Shown here: positions 51,518 through 61,762 of the stretch, one piece after another | How positions within the stretch are numbered: position 1 is the first letter of the stretch | How the letters are laid out: every line of letters starts with the position of its first letter | Source: an uncultured Spirochaetota bacterium | GTDB taxonomy: Bacteria > Spirochaetota > Brevinematia > Brevinematales > JAOACQ01 | Assembly (NCBI GenBank): GCA_963835575.1 | Contig: CAWIGG010000005.1 | Coordinates: 64,001 to 128,000 of the forward strand | Length of the DNA stretch: 64,000 bases | Direction: 5' to 3' | Notes under the pieces: generated by a model | Databases searched by the model: none | What the model saw: the letters and a program-made list of their open reading frames with translations, nothing else | Told to the model about the DNA's origin: nothing | Position numbers and translations under genes: made by a program

Positions 51518-51546
51518 AAAACCCCTCGCTCAGGCGGGGGGTTTTT
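51518..51546 (+). terminator. intrinsic terminator
   Basis: AAAACCCCTCGC-TCAG-GCGGGGGGTTTTT. Confidence 0.8.
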
Positions 51547-51551
51547 AAATA

Positions 51552-51586
51552 GGCAATTCCAAAAACTCATAGTTTTTGGAATTGCC
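51552..51586. repeat. REP-like hairpin TTCCAAAAAC..GTTTTTGGAA, copy 2
   Basis: GGCAATTCCAAAAACT-CAT-AGTTTTTGGAATTGCC. Confidence 0.7.
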
Positions 51587-51619
51587 GCTGTCAAATAAAC
51601 TTTAAGTAAATTAAAACGG

Positions 51620-51678
51620 CTCTGTCCCTCACCATTTTGCGGGCAACAGATTAAGTTTACAAAATGGTGAGGGGCAGA
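51620..51678. repeat. long inverted repeat upstream of recF
   Basis: TCTGTCCCTCACCATTTTG...CAAAATGGTGAGGGGCAGA. Confidence 0.7.
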
Positions 51679-51705
51679 AACACCTAACATAATGATGGAG
51701 AAAAG

Positions 51706-52776
51706 ATGAGCTTAAACTATATTAAGATCCTTGATTTCAGGAATTATGACCGGGTGGAATTGAATGAATTCGGTCAATTTAATATCATAGTCGGAGAAAA
51801 CGGCAGCGGTAAAACGAATTTTCTGGAATCCGTCTTTCTGCTCTATCAGGGCAAATCATTCCGCAAGGTCCCGATGGATGACCTGATCCAATGGGAAAAA
51901 AATTCCTTCTATATTTCCGGCATTTTCCAAAATATTAAAAAAGAGATCGGCTGCGGCCTGCAGAAAAGAATCCTTAAATTAAATAATCATGTCATGCCTC
52001 AAAAAGAATTCATCCATTCAAGCCCCGTTCTATCTTTTTTACCGGAAGACCTGACGATTGTCTCGGGATCGCCGGACGAACGCCGTGATTATATGGACCG
52101 CGCCTTAAGCCTTCTCGATTATGATTATGCCGACGCTCTTCAGAATTACCATAAAGTCCTCCGGCAGAGGAATGCCCAGCTCAAAATCTCAAGTAAGGAA
52201 GTATACTTATGGAATGATGATTTTATCAGGTACGGAAGCCTGATCATCGAAAAACGGCTTATCTTTATGCAGACAAGCGGAAAAATAATTAAGAATATCT
52301 ACAGGGAATTTTATAATGAAGAGATAGAATTGAAGTACTTCAACACATTTAAAATAGAAGGCAACGTAACAGAGTCTTTTAAAAAAGCCCTGGAACAGAG
52401 CGCGCCGATGGAAAAATTAAGAAAGAACTCTTTCGTCGGCCCGCACAGGGATAACTTTGAAATCCAGCGGCTTGATAAAAAGGCAAGATCTTTCGCTTCA
52501 CAGGGACAGACCCGGTTATTGGCCCTCGCTTTTAAACTCTGCCTTCTGGAAAACCTTGAAAAGGCGCATCATGAAAAACCCGTCCTTCTTCTTGATGATG
52601 TCCTGCTTGAACTGGATGGAAAATCGCGAAAGCAATTTCTTAATAAAATCGAACCGTACCAGGCTTTCTTTACAGCGACATCCCTTGAGATTTTCCATGA
52701 TTTGAAAAATGATGTTAAAATTTTCGAAGTCGATAAAGGCATCATTAAAGAAGTTTCCAAATATCACAATAATTAG
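51706..52776 (+). CDS. recF: DNA replication/repair protein RecF
   Basis: FRNY, GENGSGKTN, G.P.ERR.YMD, GPHRD, SQGQ, LLLDDV..ELD. Confidence 0.93.
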   Translation: MSLNYIKILDFRNYDRVELNEFGQFNIIVGENGSGKTNFLESVFLLYQGKSFRKVPMDDLIQWEKNSFYISGIFQNIKKEIGCGLQKRILKLNNHVMPQKEFIHSSPVLSFLPEDLTIVSGSPDERRDYMDRALSLLDYDYADALQNYHKVLRQRNAQLKISSKEVYLWNDDFIRYGSLIIEKRLIFMQTSGKIIKNIYREFYNEEIELKYFNTFKIEGNVTESFKKALEQSAPMEKLRKNSFVGPHRDNFEIQRLDKKARSFASQGQTRLLALAFKLCLLENLEKAHHEKPVLLLDDVLLELDGKSRKQFLNKIEPYQAFFTATSLEIFHDLKNDVKIFEVDKGIIKEVSKYHNN

Positions 52777-52820
52777 AATATGGATATTCTAACAATTTAG
52801 TGGAAAAGGAAACAGAACGA

Positions 52821-53046
52821 AACCGCAGATTTCACTGATTGCACAGATTATAATTTTTGAATTTTAGATTCGGTAAGTTTATCACAAGTTAGTCGAATCA
52901 TGGTATAATTGTAAAAGAAATGAAGAACGATCTAATAACAAATGAAATTTTTGATACGACAAGCTTTTCAAAATAATTATTTTTTAAACTGATATATATT
53001 ATTCATAGATTTCACAATTTCAGTGAAATCTGTGTAATCTGTGGTT
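52821..53046. repeat. 9-nt-periodic inverted-arm element (CACAGATTN units)
   Basis: AACCGCAGATTTCACTGATTGCACAGATT ... AATTTCAGTGAAATCTGTGTAATCTGTGGTT. Confidence 0.8.
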
Positions 53047-53154
53047 TAACAGTTAGTTCCAAAAGATGTTCCCGATTTTCAAAAATATTTCTAAAACAAA
53101 AATTTGAGTGCTTTTTTTAAATAATTATACTATAATTTATAGTGAGGTCTCACA

Positions 53155-53847
53155 ATGAAGAAAAAATCAATTGTGCTTTTATCGGGCGGACTGGATTCGG
53201 TTGTCAATTTTAAAATGGCCTTATTAAGGACGGAAGTGGAACTCATCCTGACTTTTGATTACGGCCAGGCTGCCAGAGCAAAAGAGATTAAAGCGACTCG
53301 CATGATCTCGGAGAAATTCAAAATTCTTCATCATATCATCCCTCTGGATTTTCTGGCCAATCTGGAGCCGAACCTGACCAAAGGGATAATTCCCAATTTC
53401 AATTCGCGCAAGCTGGATGACAGGGCCTATACCTCTAAAAGCGCAAAGGCCGTCTGGGTGCCGAACCGGAACGGCATCTTCCTCGCAATAGCCGGGGCTT
53501 ATGCCGATAAATACGGCCTTGAAACCATTATTACAGGCTTTAATGAAGAAGAAGGCAAAACTTTTCCCGACAACACGCAGGATTTCCTTGACAGGGTCAA
53601 TAAGTCATTTAAATTTTCGACGCTTAATCATCCGAAAGCGAAAAGCTATACAATCGAGATGGATAAAAAAGATATTGTCCGGCTCGGGATTGAAATCGAC
53701 GCGCCATTTGAATATGTCTGGAGCTGTTATCATGGAGAAGATAAAATGTGCGGCAGATGCGAGTCCTGCCAGAGGCTGAAAAGGGCGCTGGCCGAAAATG
53801 ATTTTATGCAGGATTTTATTAAAATAAACCGCTGGGGTTTTAAATGA
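53155..53847 (+). CDS. queC: 7-cyano-7-deazaguanine synthase
   Basis: LLSGGLDS, FDYGQ, VPNRN, FPD, WSCY...CGRCESC. Confidence 0.92.
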   Translation: MKKKSIVLLSGGLDSVVNFKMALLRTEVELILTFDYGQAARAKEIKATRMISEKFKILHHIIPLDFLANLEPNLTKGIIPNFNSRKLDDRAYTSKSAKAVWVPNRNGIFLAIAGAYADKYGLETIITGFNEEEGKTFPDNTQDFLDRVNKSFKFSTLNHPKAKSYTIEMDKKDIVRLGIEIDAPFEYVWSCYHGEDKMCGRCESCQRLKRALAENDFMQDFIKINRWGFK

Positions 53848-54401
53848 AATCCAGGTTCATAACAGACAGAATAAAATACGACGGGACACAACTCAGTTCT
53901 CATTTCGCTTATAAAAATTTTAATATCCCGGGCAACAGCATTGTCGCCTTTATCGGCCCTGTTGATGTCAGGCTTACTGAAATGGTGGATATTGAGGATG
54001 TGATCCTCAAAGAAAGGATCTCCTCGGACGGGATGCTTAATTTCATTATTGAAATATTCAATGCGGACCTGACCGTTGCAATCTGCCTTCAAAGGCTTTT
54101 TATGTCGATTATCATGGAAGAATTGAACCGGCTCTTGAAAGGCCTTTATATAACCCGCGACGGCGATGACCTTTATTATCAGGAACGGAAGCTTTCCGTT
54201 TCAATAGCCACGGTCAGCCCCGTTTCATCCCTCATTCATTGCGCTCTCAATATTAAGCCGACAGGCGCGCCGGTAAAAATATCCTGCCTTGAAGAAATGG
54301 GGATTAACGCTCCCGATCTGGCAGATGTCATATTAAGAAAATTCGTTAAAGAATATGAGGAAATTGATTTCGCGCGGGTAAAGGTGAATTGGGTCAAATA
54401 A
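53844..54401 (+). CDS. DUF366 family protein
   Basis: YDG.QL..HFA, GNSIVAF.G, MVD.EDV, R.GDDLY...KLSVSIAT. Confidence 0.8.
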   Translation: MKSRFITDRIKYDGTQLSSHFAYKNFNIPGNSIVAFIGPVDVRLTEMVDIEDVILKERISSDGMLNFIIEIFNADLTVAICLQRLFMSIIMEELNRLLKGLYITRDGDDLYYQERKLSVSIATVSPVSSLIHCALNIKPTGAPVKISCLEEMGINAPDLADVILRKFVKEYEEIDFARVKVNWVK

Positions 54402-54417
54402 GACTAAAAGAGGAATT

Positions 54418-55014
54418 ATGTTTACAGGAATTATCCGGTATACGGGCCAGATTACCGGAATAAAAAGCGTCACTCAAGGTAAAAGACTGCAAATTAAAAC
54501 AGACAGCGCATTGACCGCTAAGCTCGAAAAAGGCATTTCGAGTATTGCCATCGACGGTTCCTGCCATACAGTTGAGGAATTTGATAAAAACACATTTACC
54601 GTTTTTTCCAGCTTTGAGACTCTGCAGAAAACGACTCTGGCCTCGGTCAAAAGCGGCGGTCTGGTAAACCTTGAGCTGTCCCTCACCCCCGACAGCCTCC
54701 TGGACGGGCATATTGTGCAGGGCCATGTTGACGGGACCGGAAGGATTTCATCCATCCGGAAAAAAGGAGAGGCTTATCTGATCCGTTTTACCGCCGACCA
54801 TTCTCTCCTGAAGTATTTAGTTGAAAAAGATTCAATCGCCGTAGACGGCGTCAGCCTGACTCTTTTCAATATTGATGAATCGACATTTCAGACAGCCGTT
54901 ATACCGGAAACGGCGATAAACACCACTCTTCTTAAAAAACCCGAGGGAAGCCTTGTCAATATCGAGGTAAACATCCTGGCCAAATACGCGAAGAAATTCC
55001 TAAATCTCTATTAA
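54418..55014 (+). CDS. ribE: riboflavin synthase (alpha chain)
   Basis: MFTGI start, SIAIDG.C.TV, GHIVQGHVD, SIAVDGVSLT. Confidence 0.95.
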   Translation: MFTGIIRYTGQITGIKSVTQGKRLQIKTDSALTAKLEKGISSIAIDGSCHTVEEFDKNTFTVFSSFETLQKTTLASVKSGGLVNLELSLTPDSLLDGHIVQGHVDGTGRISSIRKKGEAYLIRFTADHSLLKYLVEKDSIAVDGVSLTLFNIDESTFQTAVIPETAINTTLLKKPEGSLVNIEVNILAKYAKKFLNLY

Positions 55015-57039
55015 TTTTTCCTTCGGCTCGCCCAGATAATAGCCCTGGGAAAAATCAATGCCCATTTCCATGCTTTTATCATAGACTTCCTTGGAATGGA
55101 CGAATTCCGAGATAGTCTGCAGTCCCAGCTCGCGCGCGAAATTGGCAATTGTCCGTGTAATGATCTGAGAGTTTTTGTCGATATTGATATTTTTTATCAG
55201 GGAAGAATCTATTTTGATATAATCGACCTGCATATGAACAAGGTGGGAGAAATTGGAATAGCCGGTGCCGAAATCATCGATGGCGATCTTGCACCCGCAC
55301 TTTTTCACATAATTGATAAATTCAATAACCTCTTTGTAATTTTCGATGTCCTCGGTTTCCAGAAGCTCAAAAACAACGCGGGGACAGATCCCCTTATTGA
55401 TTTTCAATATTTCATAGATATAGCTGATCGTCTTTTCGTCCATGATATCATCCAGCGACAGGTTGAGGGAAAACTCATAATTATTATCCCGGAAAAACTC
55501 AAAAGACTTTTCCACCATCATTTTTGTCAGGTAACGGTACAGCCTCGCTTTTTTTGCGATATTCAGGAAATTAAGAGGCGCCACGATATTGCCGTTTGTG
55601 TCTATCATCCGCATCAAGCATTCGTATTTCTCAATTTTACCAGTATGATTATTCTGGATCGGCTGAAAATAGGGAATAATGCGGTTTTCTTTTATCGCGT
55701 TCTTCAGCTTTTTCGTCCATTGTATATTGTTTTCATATTCCTTTACAATTTCCATAAAATCCTGGTAAACGACATATTTCTTTCTGGAAATCTTCGCTCT
55801 TTTCAGAGCCATATCGGCATTCCTGAGGGCGCTCTTCCCGATTTCCATTCCCTCGATAGAAGCTATGTCTTTCTGGACCGTTCCTATGCCGACGCTGACG
55901 GTTATGTAAATCTCCGTTTCCCTGTAAACAAAAGCCCTGTCCATCACTTCTTCAGACAAATATATTCCCCAGTATTCAAGGTCTTTAATGCCGACTTTCC
56001 TGTCAATAAGGATCGTGTACTCATCCGCATGCATTTTATAAAGGCGGTAGAGGACTCCCATATTCATGCTTTTTAAACGGTTTCCCATTTCCTTCAGTAT
56101 AAAATCTCCCACTTCAGTGCCGTAAAAATCATTGATCTCCTGAAAAGCGTCCACATTAAATATAATGACGATCGGGTTGGAGCACATGGCAAGATCATCC
56201 ATAAACTTTTTTCTGTTAGGCAGGTTGGTTAAAGTGTCTGTAAATAGCTGAGTGAGTAAATTTTTATTATAATTTTCAATTTTACCAAAGCTGTCTTTTA
56301 AATTCTGGGTCATCTGATTAAAATTATTGGCCAATTCCTCAATCTCATTCTTTGATTTGATTCGAATCACATGATCCAGCTCGCCGCCCGCGATTAATTT
56401 TGCGCTTTTATTCAATTCCATGATAGGCTTTATTACCGAGCGCTGTATGACGCTTTTTAATATAAATCCGAAAATAATTGAAAGGCCGGTAAAGAAAATT
56501 ATCGCCACAAAAAACGCCATCTGCATCTGCCAGAACCGCTTCAAGTCATATTCCGACCGCAATACAGCCAGAACGCTTCCGTTAGCGTTAGTCACGGGCA
56601 GATAAGCGAACTTCATCATCGCTCCATTAACTACATGAAATTTATTTTCCAGGACCAGGGATTTTGAGGCATAAGCCTCCCAGAATTCGGCGCTGAAGTT
56701 TGTTTCAAAAACAGTATCCCTGGAACCCAGGATAAGATAATTTTTATCATGAGGAATTATAACGCTTAATCCGGCCAGTTTAATATGCTCCTGATATTCG
56801 CCGATTTTTTTCTGAAAACTTTCGCGGGCATTGCCGTTTTTACCCTGAAGCGCGGGAATTGTTGCCTCATCCACCATTGAATTCACGGCATAGAGGGCCC
56901 CGCTGAGCCTTTCGTTAACTGTCCTGACCATATAGGAGAAAGACATGAAATAATATGCCAGGCTGACGACAAGGGTTATTACAATGATGCTAAAAAAAAA
57001 CAGGAAATAGATCCTTCTTCCGATAATCGAACGCATCAA
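55000..57039 (-). CDS. membrane sensor with HAMP, degenerate GGDEF and EAL domains
   Basis: 2 TM, HAMP, DTLTNLPNR, HADEY in place of GGDEF, ECL, IAIDDFGTGYSNF, QGYY. Confidence 0.9.
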   Translation of the reverse strand: MMRSIIGRRIYFLFFFSIIVITLVVSLAYYFMSFSYMVRTVNERLSGALYAVNSMVDEATIPALQGKNGNARESFQKKIGEYQEHIKLAGLSVIIPHDKNYLILGSRDTVFETNFSAEFWEAYASKSLVLENKFHVVNGAMMKFAYLPVTNANGSVLAVLRSEYDLKRFWQMQMAFFVAIIFFTGLSIIFGFILKSVIQRSVIKPIMELNKSAKLIAGGELDHVIRIKSKNEIEELANNFNQMTQNLKDSFGKIENYNKNLLTQLFTDTLTNLPNRKKFMDDLAMCSNPIVIIFNVDAFQEINDFYGTEVGDFILKEMGNRLKSMNMGVLYRLYKMHADEYTILIDRKVGIKDLEYWGIYLSEEVMDRAFVYRETEIYITVSVGIGTVQKDIASIEGMEIGKSALRNADMALKRAKISRKKYVVYQDFMEIVKEYENNIQWTKKLKNAIKENRIIPYFQPIQNNHTGKIEKYECLMRMIDTNGNIVAPLNFLNIAKKARLYRYLTKMMVEKSFEFFRDNNYEFSLNLSLDDIMDEKTISYIYEILKINKGICPRVVFELLETEDIENYKEVIEFINYVKKCGCKIAIDDFGTGYSNFSHLVHMQVDYIKIDSSLIKNINIDKNSQIITRTIANFARELGLQTISEFVHSKEVYDKSMEMGIDFSQGYYLGEPKEKLIEI

Positions 57040-57174
57040 CCCTTCCCTATCCAGATAATATTTTTACCAGGATTCCTAATTTTGAACAATTCAATAAAAT
57101 TTTTAAAAAGATTTGAATTTTTGACCGGTCAAACCCCCCGGCCTTGATTAAATTCCACCCTTCTCAATACATTT

Positions 57175-57684
57175 CTATTTTGTCATGCAGCTTATTATTT
57201 CTCCAATATAAAGCCGATGATAGTCTTTATGCGGATAATTCGCTTCAATCATCTTATCCAGGAAATTTTTTGAATCCAGGTCCTGAAAATACAGCTTCCT
57301 GCATTCCAGGACAAGCCTCGCTTCCTCAAAATAAACAACACCCCTTTCGGTCTGCTTCGGCGTTAAACCTGATTCCTTCATTTTATTAATTTCACGTCCT
57401 GATTTTGTCCCGCAGAACTCCAGGTTTTTTTTATAATCCAAAGAGAAAAAACCAACCGTAAAATAACTGTATTTCTCCATAAACTCAAAAGTATATCTCC
57501 CCGGACGGATAAAACAAAACACGACTTCTTTATTCCAGAGAACACCCATTCCGCCCCAGCTCGCCGTCATCATATTGAATGAACCAAGCCCTCCTGCCGC
57601 AATAAGCATCCAATCCAGATTAATCATCCGGAACACATTCCCAGTTATAGCCTCAGGTTTTATTATTTTAAATTTAGCCGTCAT
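57175..57684 (-). CDS. flavin reductase-like protein
   Basis: N.MTASWGG.G.LW, RP.RYT, CG.KSGR..NK, H..YIGEI. Confidence 0.88.
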   Translation of the reverse strand: MTAKFKIIKPEAITGNVFRMINLDWMLIAAGGLGSFNMMTASWGGMGVLWNKEVVFCFIRPGRYTFEFMEKYSYFTVGFFSLDYKKNLEFCGTKSGREINKMKESGLTPKQTERGVVYFEEARLVLECRKLYFQDLDSKNFLDKMIEANYPHKDYHRLYIGEIISCMTK

Positions 57685-57908
57685 ATTAAAACTAATCTAA
57701 ACCTCTAATATATAATAATATAAAAAAAGAAATAATCAACATTTTTTAAGTTTATTTTACACTAATGATTTTTATTAAAATCTTGTAATAAGAGAAGTAG
57801 GATATACTTTTATAAAGACTTTTTGAACAGAAATATAAACAGGAAGTACTGCAAAATAAGCATTTCAGCTCATTTTTCACAATACAAGCCAATTATTCTC
57901 TTTTCCAG

Positions 57909-58919
57909 TTATTCGTCTTTTTCAATCACAGCGCCTTTTGTATCCTGAAGCCGGAATACAGCGGTTGCTCCCGCCCCAATAAGGACTTTTTCCAGAGGGG
58001 CCGTTTCCTGATGAGGCCAAAGGGCGATAATCGTGCCGCCTTTGCCCGCACCTGCAAGCTTTGCCCCGGCCGCTCCCGCGTCCAGCGCCGCTTCGATCAG
58101 CCTTTCGTTCGCTTCGCCGGAACCTCCCAGGCTTCTCTGCAGGACATGATTTTCATTCATCAGATTTCCCAAAAGAGCCCAGTCCTTTTTAATAAGCGCA
58201 TTTCTGCCTTCCCGGGCGGTCTCAGCTATTCTTTTATACCCTTCCGCTGCTTCGGCCTCGCCTGCCAGCCATCTTTCAGACGCAGGTCTGTGGACCTCTC
58301 CGGAACTGTGTTTAACACCCGTGGAAGCCAGTAAAAAAGGCAATTCCAGGGAAGAAAGCGGCTCTATCGAAGCGTAGGTTCCGGATTCGCTTCCGTCATT
58401 AAAAATCTTTCCATTGAATTCCATATAATTCAGGCCCCCGAATACGCACATATAAGCGTCCTGGAAACCGCAAATGACTTTAAGAATACTTTTTTCAATA
58501 TACCGGGCTTTTTCAGCCAGCTGATATAAATCCGGGTATTCTCCCTTCCATGCCAGAAGTGCCTGAAGGAGGGTCACGATAAGCGCCGTTGAACCCGCCA
58601 TTCCGCTCTGCATCGGGATTGCCGTTTCATAATAAATGCGGCAGGCCGGCCGGGGAAGACCTGTGTAATTGAGTACGGCCCGCGCGATATCGAACCTGTC
58701 CCCTTTCAATACGAGGCTGGAAGGTCCGTCAATACTTTCTTCAAAACCGGCGGTTTCCAGTATCAGACAGGGTGCGGTAGTCAAAACGGTTTTTGCCCTC
58801 ATCCCGACAGTGCAGGAAATAACAGCCCCGCCGAACATATCGGAAGGGTTGCCGATGATGCCGGCGCGGCCCGGCGCAGAAGCGGCGACCAGGCTTTTTT
58901 CCGGTCCTGAAGATATCAT
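57909..58919 (-). CDS. GHMP sugar kinase, glucuronokinase-like
   Basis: RAGIIGNPSD, IPMQSGMAGSTA, G.QD, GAKLAGAG.GG. Confidence 0.8.
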   Translation of the reverse strand: MISSGPEKSLVAASAPGRAGIIGNPSDMFGGAVISCTVGMRAKTVLTTAPCLILETAGFEESIDGPSSLVLKGDRFDIARAVLNYTGLPRPACRIYYETAIPMQSGMAGSTALIVTLLQALLAWKGEYPDLYQLAEKARYIEKSILKVICGFQDAYMCVFGGLNYMEFNGKIFNDGSESGTYASIEPLSSLELPFLLASTGVKHSSGEVHRPASERWLAGEAEAAEGYKRIAETAREGRNALIKKDWALLGNLMNENHVLQRSLGGSGEANERLIEAALDAGAAGAKLAGAGKGGTIIALWPHQETAPLEKVLIGAGATAVFRLQDTKGAVIEKDE

Positions 58920-59785
58920 AGTTTTTCCGCCATGGATTTTAAATATTTCCGGACCGACGGGCCCGACATCTCATCCTTCACGGAATAATCGATAAAAGCC
59001 CTGTAATAGGAATCGAAATTCCCGATGTCATACCGCTTGTAACCGGTCGGAAGAAGCCAAGCATAAACCGGCCTGCCCGTCTTTATTAAAATATTGATCG
59101 CGTCCGTCAGCTGCATTTCGCCTTTATCCGCCGGCTTGACCCGCCTCAAGGCCTCAAAAATTTCCCCGCTGAAAACATAGCGGGCGGCGACTGCCAGTCT
59201 GCTTTGAGCAGTTCCCCTTGGCGGCTTTTCTATTATTCCGGCGGCGGGCGCTGACCGGCCGGACAACGGCATGGGTCCGTTCAAATTCACAATGCCGTAG
59301 CGAAAAGTCTCTTCTTCCGGGACTTCCTCAACGGCAATCACCGCAGAGGCTTTCAAAAGGCGGTGCTGACCCATCATTTCCTTTAAAACGCCGGCCGGTT
59401 CTTTTCCTTCAATGACGCTGTCGCCCAGAGCGACGGCAAAATCCCCGCCGCGGGTAAAACCCTCGGAAAGAAGAACGGCATGCCCCAGTCCCATGGGCTT
59501 ATTCTGTTTCTTAAAGAAAAATTGCGTTTTATCGGACGGATCGTCCCGATGAGAAGCACTCTGTTTCGAATAATTAACCAGGTGGCCTTTGATGGAACCC
59601 TTCCGCGGCGCTGTGATGACAAGGACACGGTTAATCCCCGCGCCCTGAAGTTCCGCCGCTATGTGTTCTATGACCGGCCTGCGGCCGAGCGGCAGCATTT
59701 CCTTGGGCTGCGACAGTGTCAGCGGGAGGAGCCGCGTGCCAAGGCCGGCGGCCGGTATGACAGCGCGAAGGATTGGACTGTCCAT
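58916..59785 (-). CDS. sugar-1-phosphate nucleotidyltransferase (GalU-like)
   Basis: AVIPAAGLGTRLLP.T..QPKEMLP, GLGHAV, EKP, GEMQLTDA. Confidence 0.9.
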   Translation of the reverse strand: MDSPILRAVIPAAGLGTRLLPLTLSQPKEMLPLGRRPVIEHIAAELQGAGINRVLVITAPRKGSIKGHLVNYSKQSASHRDDPSDKTQFFFKKQNKPMGLGHAVLLSEGFTRGGDFAVALGDSVIEGKEPAGVLKEMMGQHRLLKASAVIAVEEVPEEETFRYGIVNLNGPMPLSGRSAPAAGIIEKPPRGTAQSRLAVAARYVFSGEIFEALRRVKPADKGEMQLTDAINILIKTGRPVYAWLLPTGYKRYDIGNFDSYYRAFIDYSVKDEMSGPSVRKYLKSMAEKL

Positions 59786-59864
59786 AAGTTTTACTCCAAT
59801 TGAAATATCAAGAATGTTTCTGTATAATTGTAGAAATTAAATTATAAAGGATTTTCTCTTTTTT

Positions 59865-59891
59865 AGCCACAGAGCTCACAGAAACACAGAA
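59865..59891. repeat. periodic arm (forward), left of the three-gene block
   Basis: AGCCACAGAGCTCACAGAAACACAGAA. Confidence 0.6.
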
Positions 59892-60007
59892 TACAAAACT
59901 TTTTAACATTATTATTAAACAATGATATTTTAATAATATATATATAGGAAAGAATTATATCTTTGAACATGACAAAATTATAATTTACTGTTAAACTATA
60001 AAAATTA

Positions 60008-60457
60008 ATGGAGATGAGGATGGCCAATATAAATTTTATCAAATCGGCAAAACGCCATTATGATGATGCTAAAATCTTGTTAAACGCTAATAGCGTTCCC
60101 AATGCAGGACAGCTTTTTGGTTTTTGTGCGGAATGTGGGCTCAAGGCGTTACTGATTGCGTATGGTTTAACTACTGATCCATCAACCGGTGATCTCAACT
60201 TGTCGGATAGTGACAAAAAAAAATATCTCAGGCACATTAATGTACTGTGTAACAATATCAGTATCTTTACTCAAGATACGACTTACGCGTCTTATCTGGC
60301 TATCATGCCATCCATCGCTTTTTTTCTTGATTGGAGAACCGATCATAGATATTATGATGAAAGCGCAATACCAAATAATATTAGCAAATGGGAAAACGCA
60401 GCAACTGAAGTACGCAGGATGGTTGACAAATTAATCCAGGATGGGAGGGCAAGATGA
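60008..60457 (+). CDS. HEPN-like protein
   Basis: A.RH..DA..L...NA..LFG..AEC.LKA helical signature and W...RY; alternative start at 60020. Confidence 0.7.
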   Translation: MEMRMANINFIKSAKRHYDDAKILLNANSVPNAGQLFGFCAECGLKALLIAYGLTTDPSTGDLNLSDSDKKKYLRHINVLCNNISIFTQDTTYASYLAIMPSIAFFLDWRTDHRYYDESAIPNNISKWENAATEVRRMVDKLIQDGRAR

Positions 60458-61758
60458 CCCATACTAAAGTTTATTTTAATAATGCATTAAATATTACTTT
60501 TAATTTCCTTTCAACACTACAGCTTTCAACAAAAATTGAACCAATTGTTCTTCGCGACCAATTTGGAAAGATTCGACTTCTTATTCGGGGCAACCAAACC
60601 ATTGTTGATGAATTGAAGTCTAAAACCAAAGATCTGTGGCTTTCATTAGAGAATTATGCTAATGTTGATGGTAAGAATATACTTGGGGAAGACGATTTTT
60701 TTGATTTATCAGTATTTGAAAGCCCCGAGATTGTTAAATACCAGCCGATTGACTCAGATAAATCCTTTCAACTACTGGACCGGCAGGTGACAGGGCAAGG
60801 TTGGTTAAAATCTTGTAACCGGACAGGTGTGGAAGGTCCCGGACGTATTGTTTTTTATGGTCTCAAAGGAGGGGTTGGTCGATCCACCGCGATGGCATTA
60901 TATGCTTATCATCTCAGTATTTCAGGTAAAAAAGTTCTTGCAGTTGACCTCGATCTTGAATCTCCTGGTCTTTCAAATATGATGTTACCCTTAGATAGAA
61001 TTCCTGAATTTGGTATAGTAGACTGGCTGGTGGAAGACGGTATTTCGAAAGAAAGCATGCCTATAGAAAGAGTAACAGCAATCAGCCCAATTTCTGATAT
61101 GGGAAGCGGTTCTGTTATTGTTGCATCTGCTATTCAGCATGGAGAAAACAATTATATATCCAAATTATCACGTATCTACGGTGATATTCCAACTAAGGAA
61201 GGTTCAGTCGATCATTTTTATGATCGTATCCAGAGATTCATTTCCGGATTGGAAGAAAAAATCAAACCGGACATTGTTCTGATTGATTCACGGGCAGGGT
61301 TGCATGATTTAGCCGCTGTGAGTATAACCGGTCTTGCGGATAAAGTGCTGATGTTCGGCAGTGATTCCGAACAAAGTTGGCAGGGATATCGGCTCTTATT
61401 TACTCACTGGCAACAGCGGCCTGATTTACTTAAAATGATTCGTGAGCGTTTGGCCATGGTTTATGCTCTTTTTCCAGAAGTGAACCAGTCAGAAAAAAGA
61501 GATTCTTACTTGAATAACGCATACGATTTATTTGCCGACACTATATATGAAGAAATACCAGCAGGGGCAAGTAAGCAGGAAGATTATTTCAATTTTGATT
61601 TGAATGATGAAAGCGCCCCTCATTATCCTGTTATAATAAAATGGAACCAGCGATTTCAAGAATTTTCAGCTGAATTAATTGATAAAGTATTGAAAAAGGA
61701 TGATATTAATTCCGCTTTTGGAGAATTTTTCGAAAAGATTGATTTATGGAGTAATTAA
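60454..61758 (+). CDS. ParA/MinD-like ATPase with KGGVGR variant Walker A
   Basis: FYGLKGGVGRST, VDLDLESPGL, G..DWL, VLIDSRAGL; ATGA overlap with the upstream gene. Confidence 0.85.
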   Translation: MTHTKVYFNNALNITFNFLSTLQLSTKIEPIVLRDQFGKIRLLIRGNQTIVDELKSKTKDLWLSLENYANVDGKNILGEDDFFDLSVFESPEIVKYQPIDSDKSFQLLDRQVTGQGWLKSCNRTGVEGPGRIVFYGLKGGVGRSTAMALYAYHLSISGKKVLAVDLDLESPGLSNMMLPLDRIPEFGIVDWLVEDGISKESMPIERVTAISPISDMGSGSVIVASAIQHGENNYISKLSRIYGDIPTKEGSVDHFYDRIQRFISGLEEKIKPDIVLIDSRAGLHDLAAVSITGLADKVLMFGSDSEQSWQGYRLLFTHWQQRPDLLKMIRERLAMVYALFPEVNQSEKRDSYLNNAYDLFADTIYEEIPAGASKQEDYFNFDLNDESAPHYPVIIKWNQRFQEFSAELIDKVLKKDDINSAFGEFFEKIDLWSN

Positions 61759-61762
61759 TAAA

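Noticed and set aside
55096..56076. 326-aa plus-strand ORF
   Set aside because: Antisense shadow of the EAL gene
59968..59992. TGACAAAATTATAATTT upstream of the HEPN operon resembling the 30378 palindrome
   Set aside because: Only a short AT-rich match with no complete second half-site; could be chance
60454..61758. ParA as a chromosome or plasmid partition gene
   Set aside because: Variant Walker A, much longer than Soj, and no ParB or parS nearby
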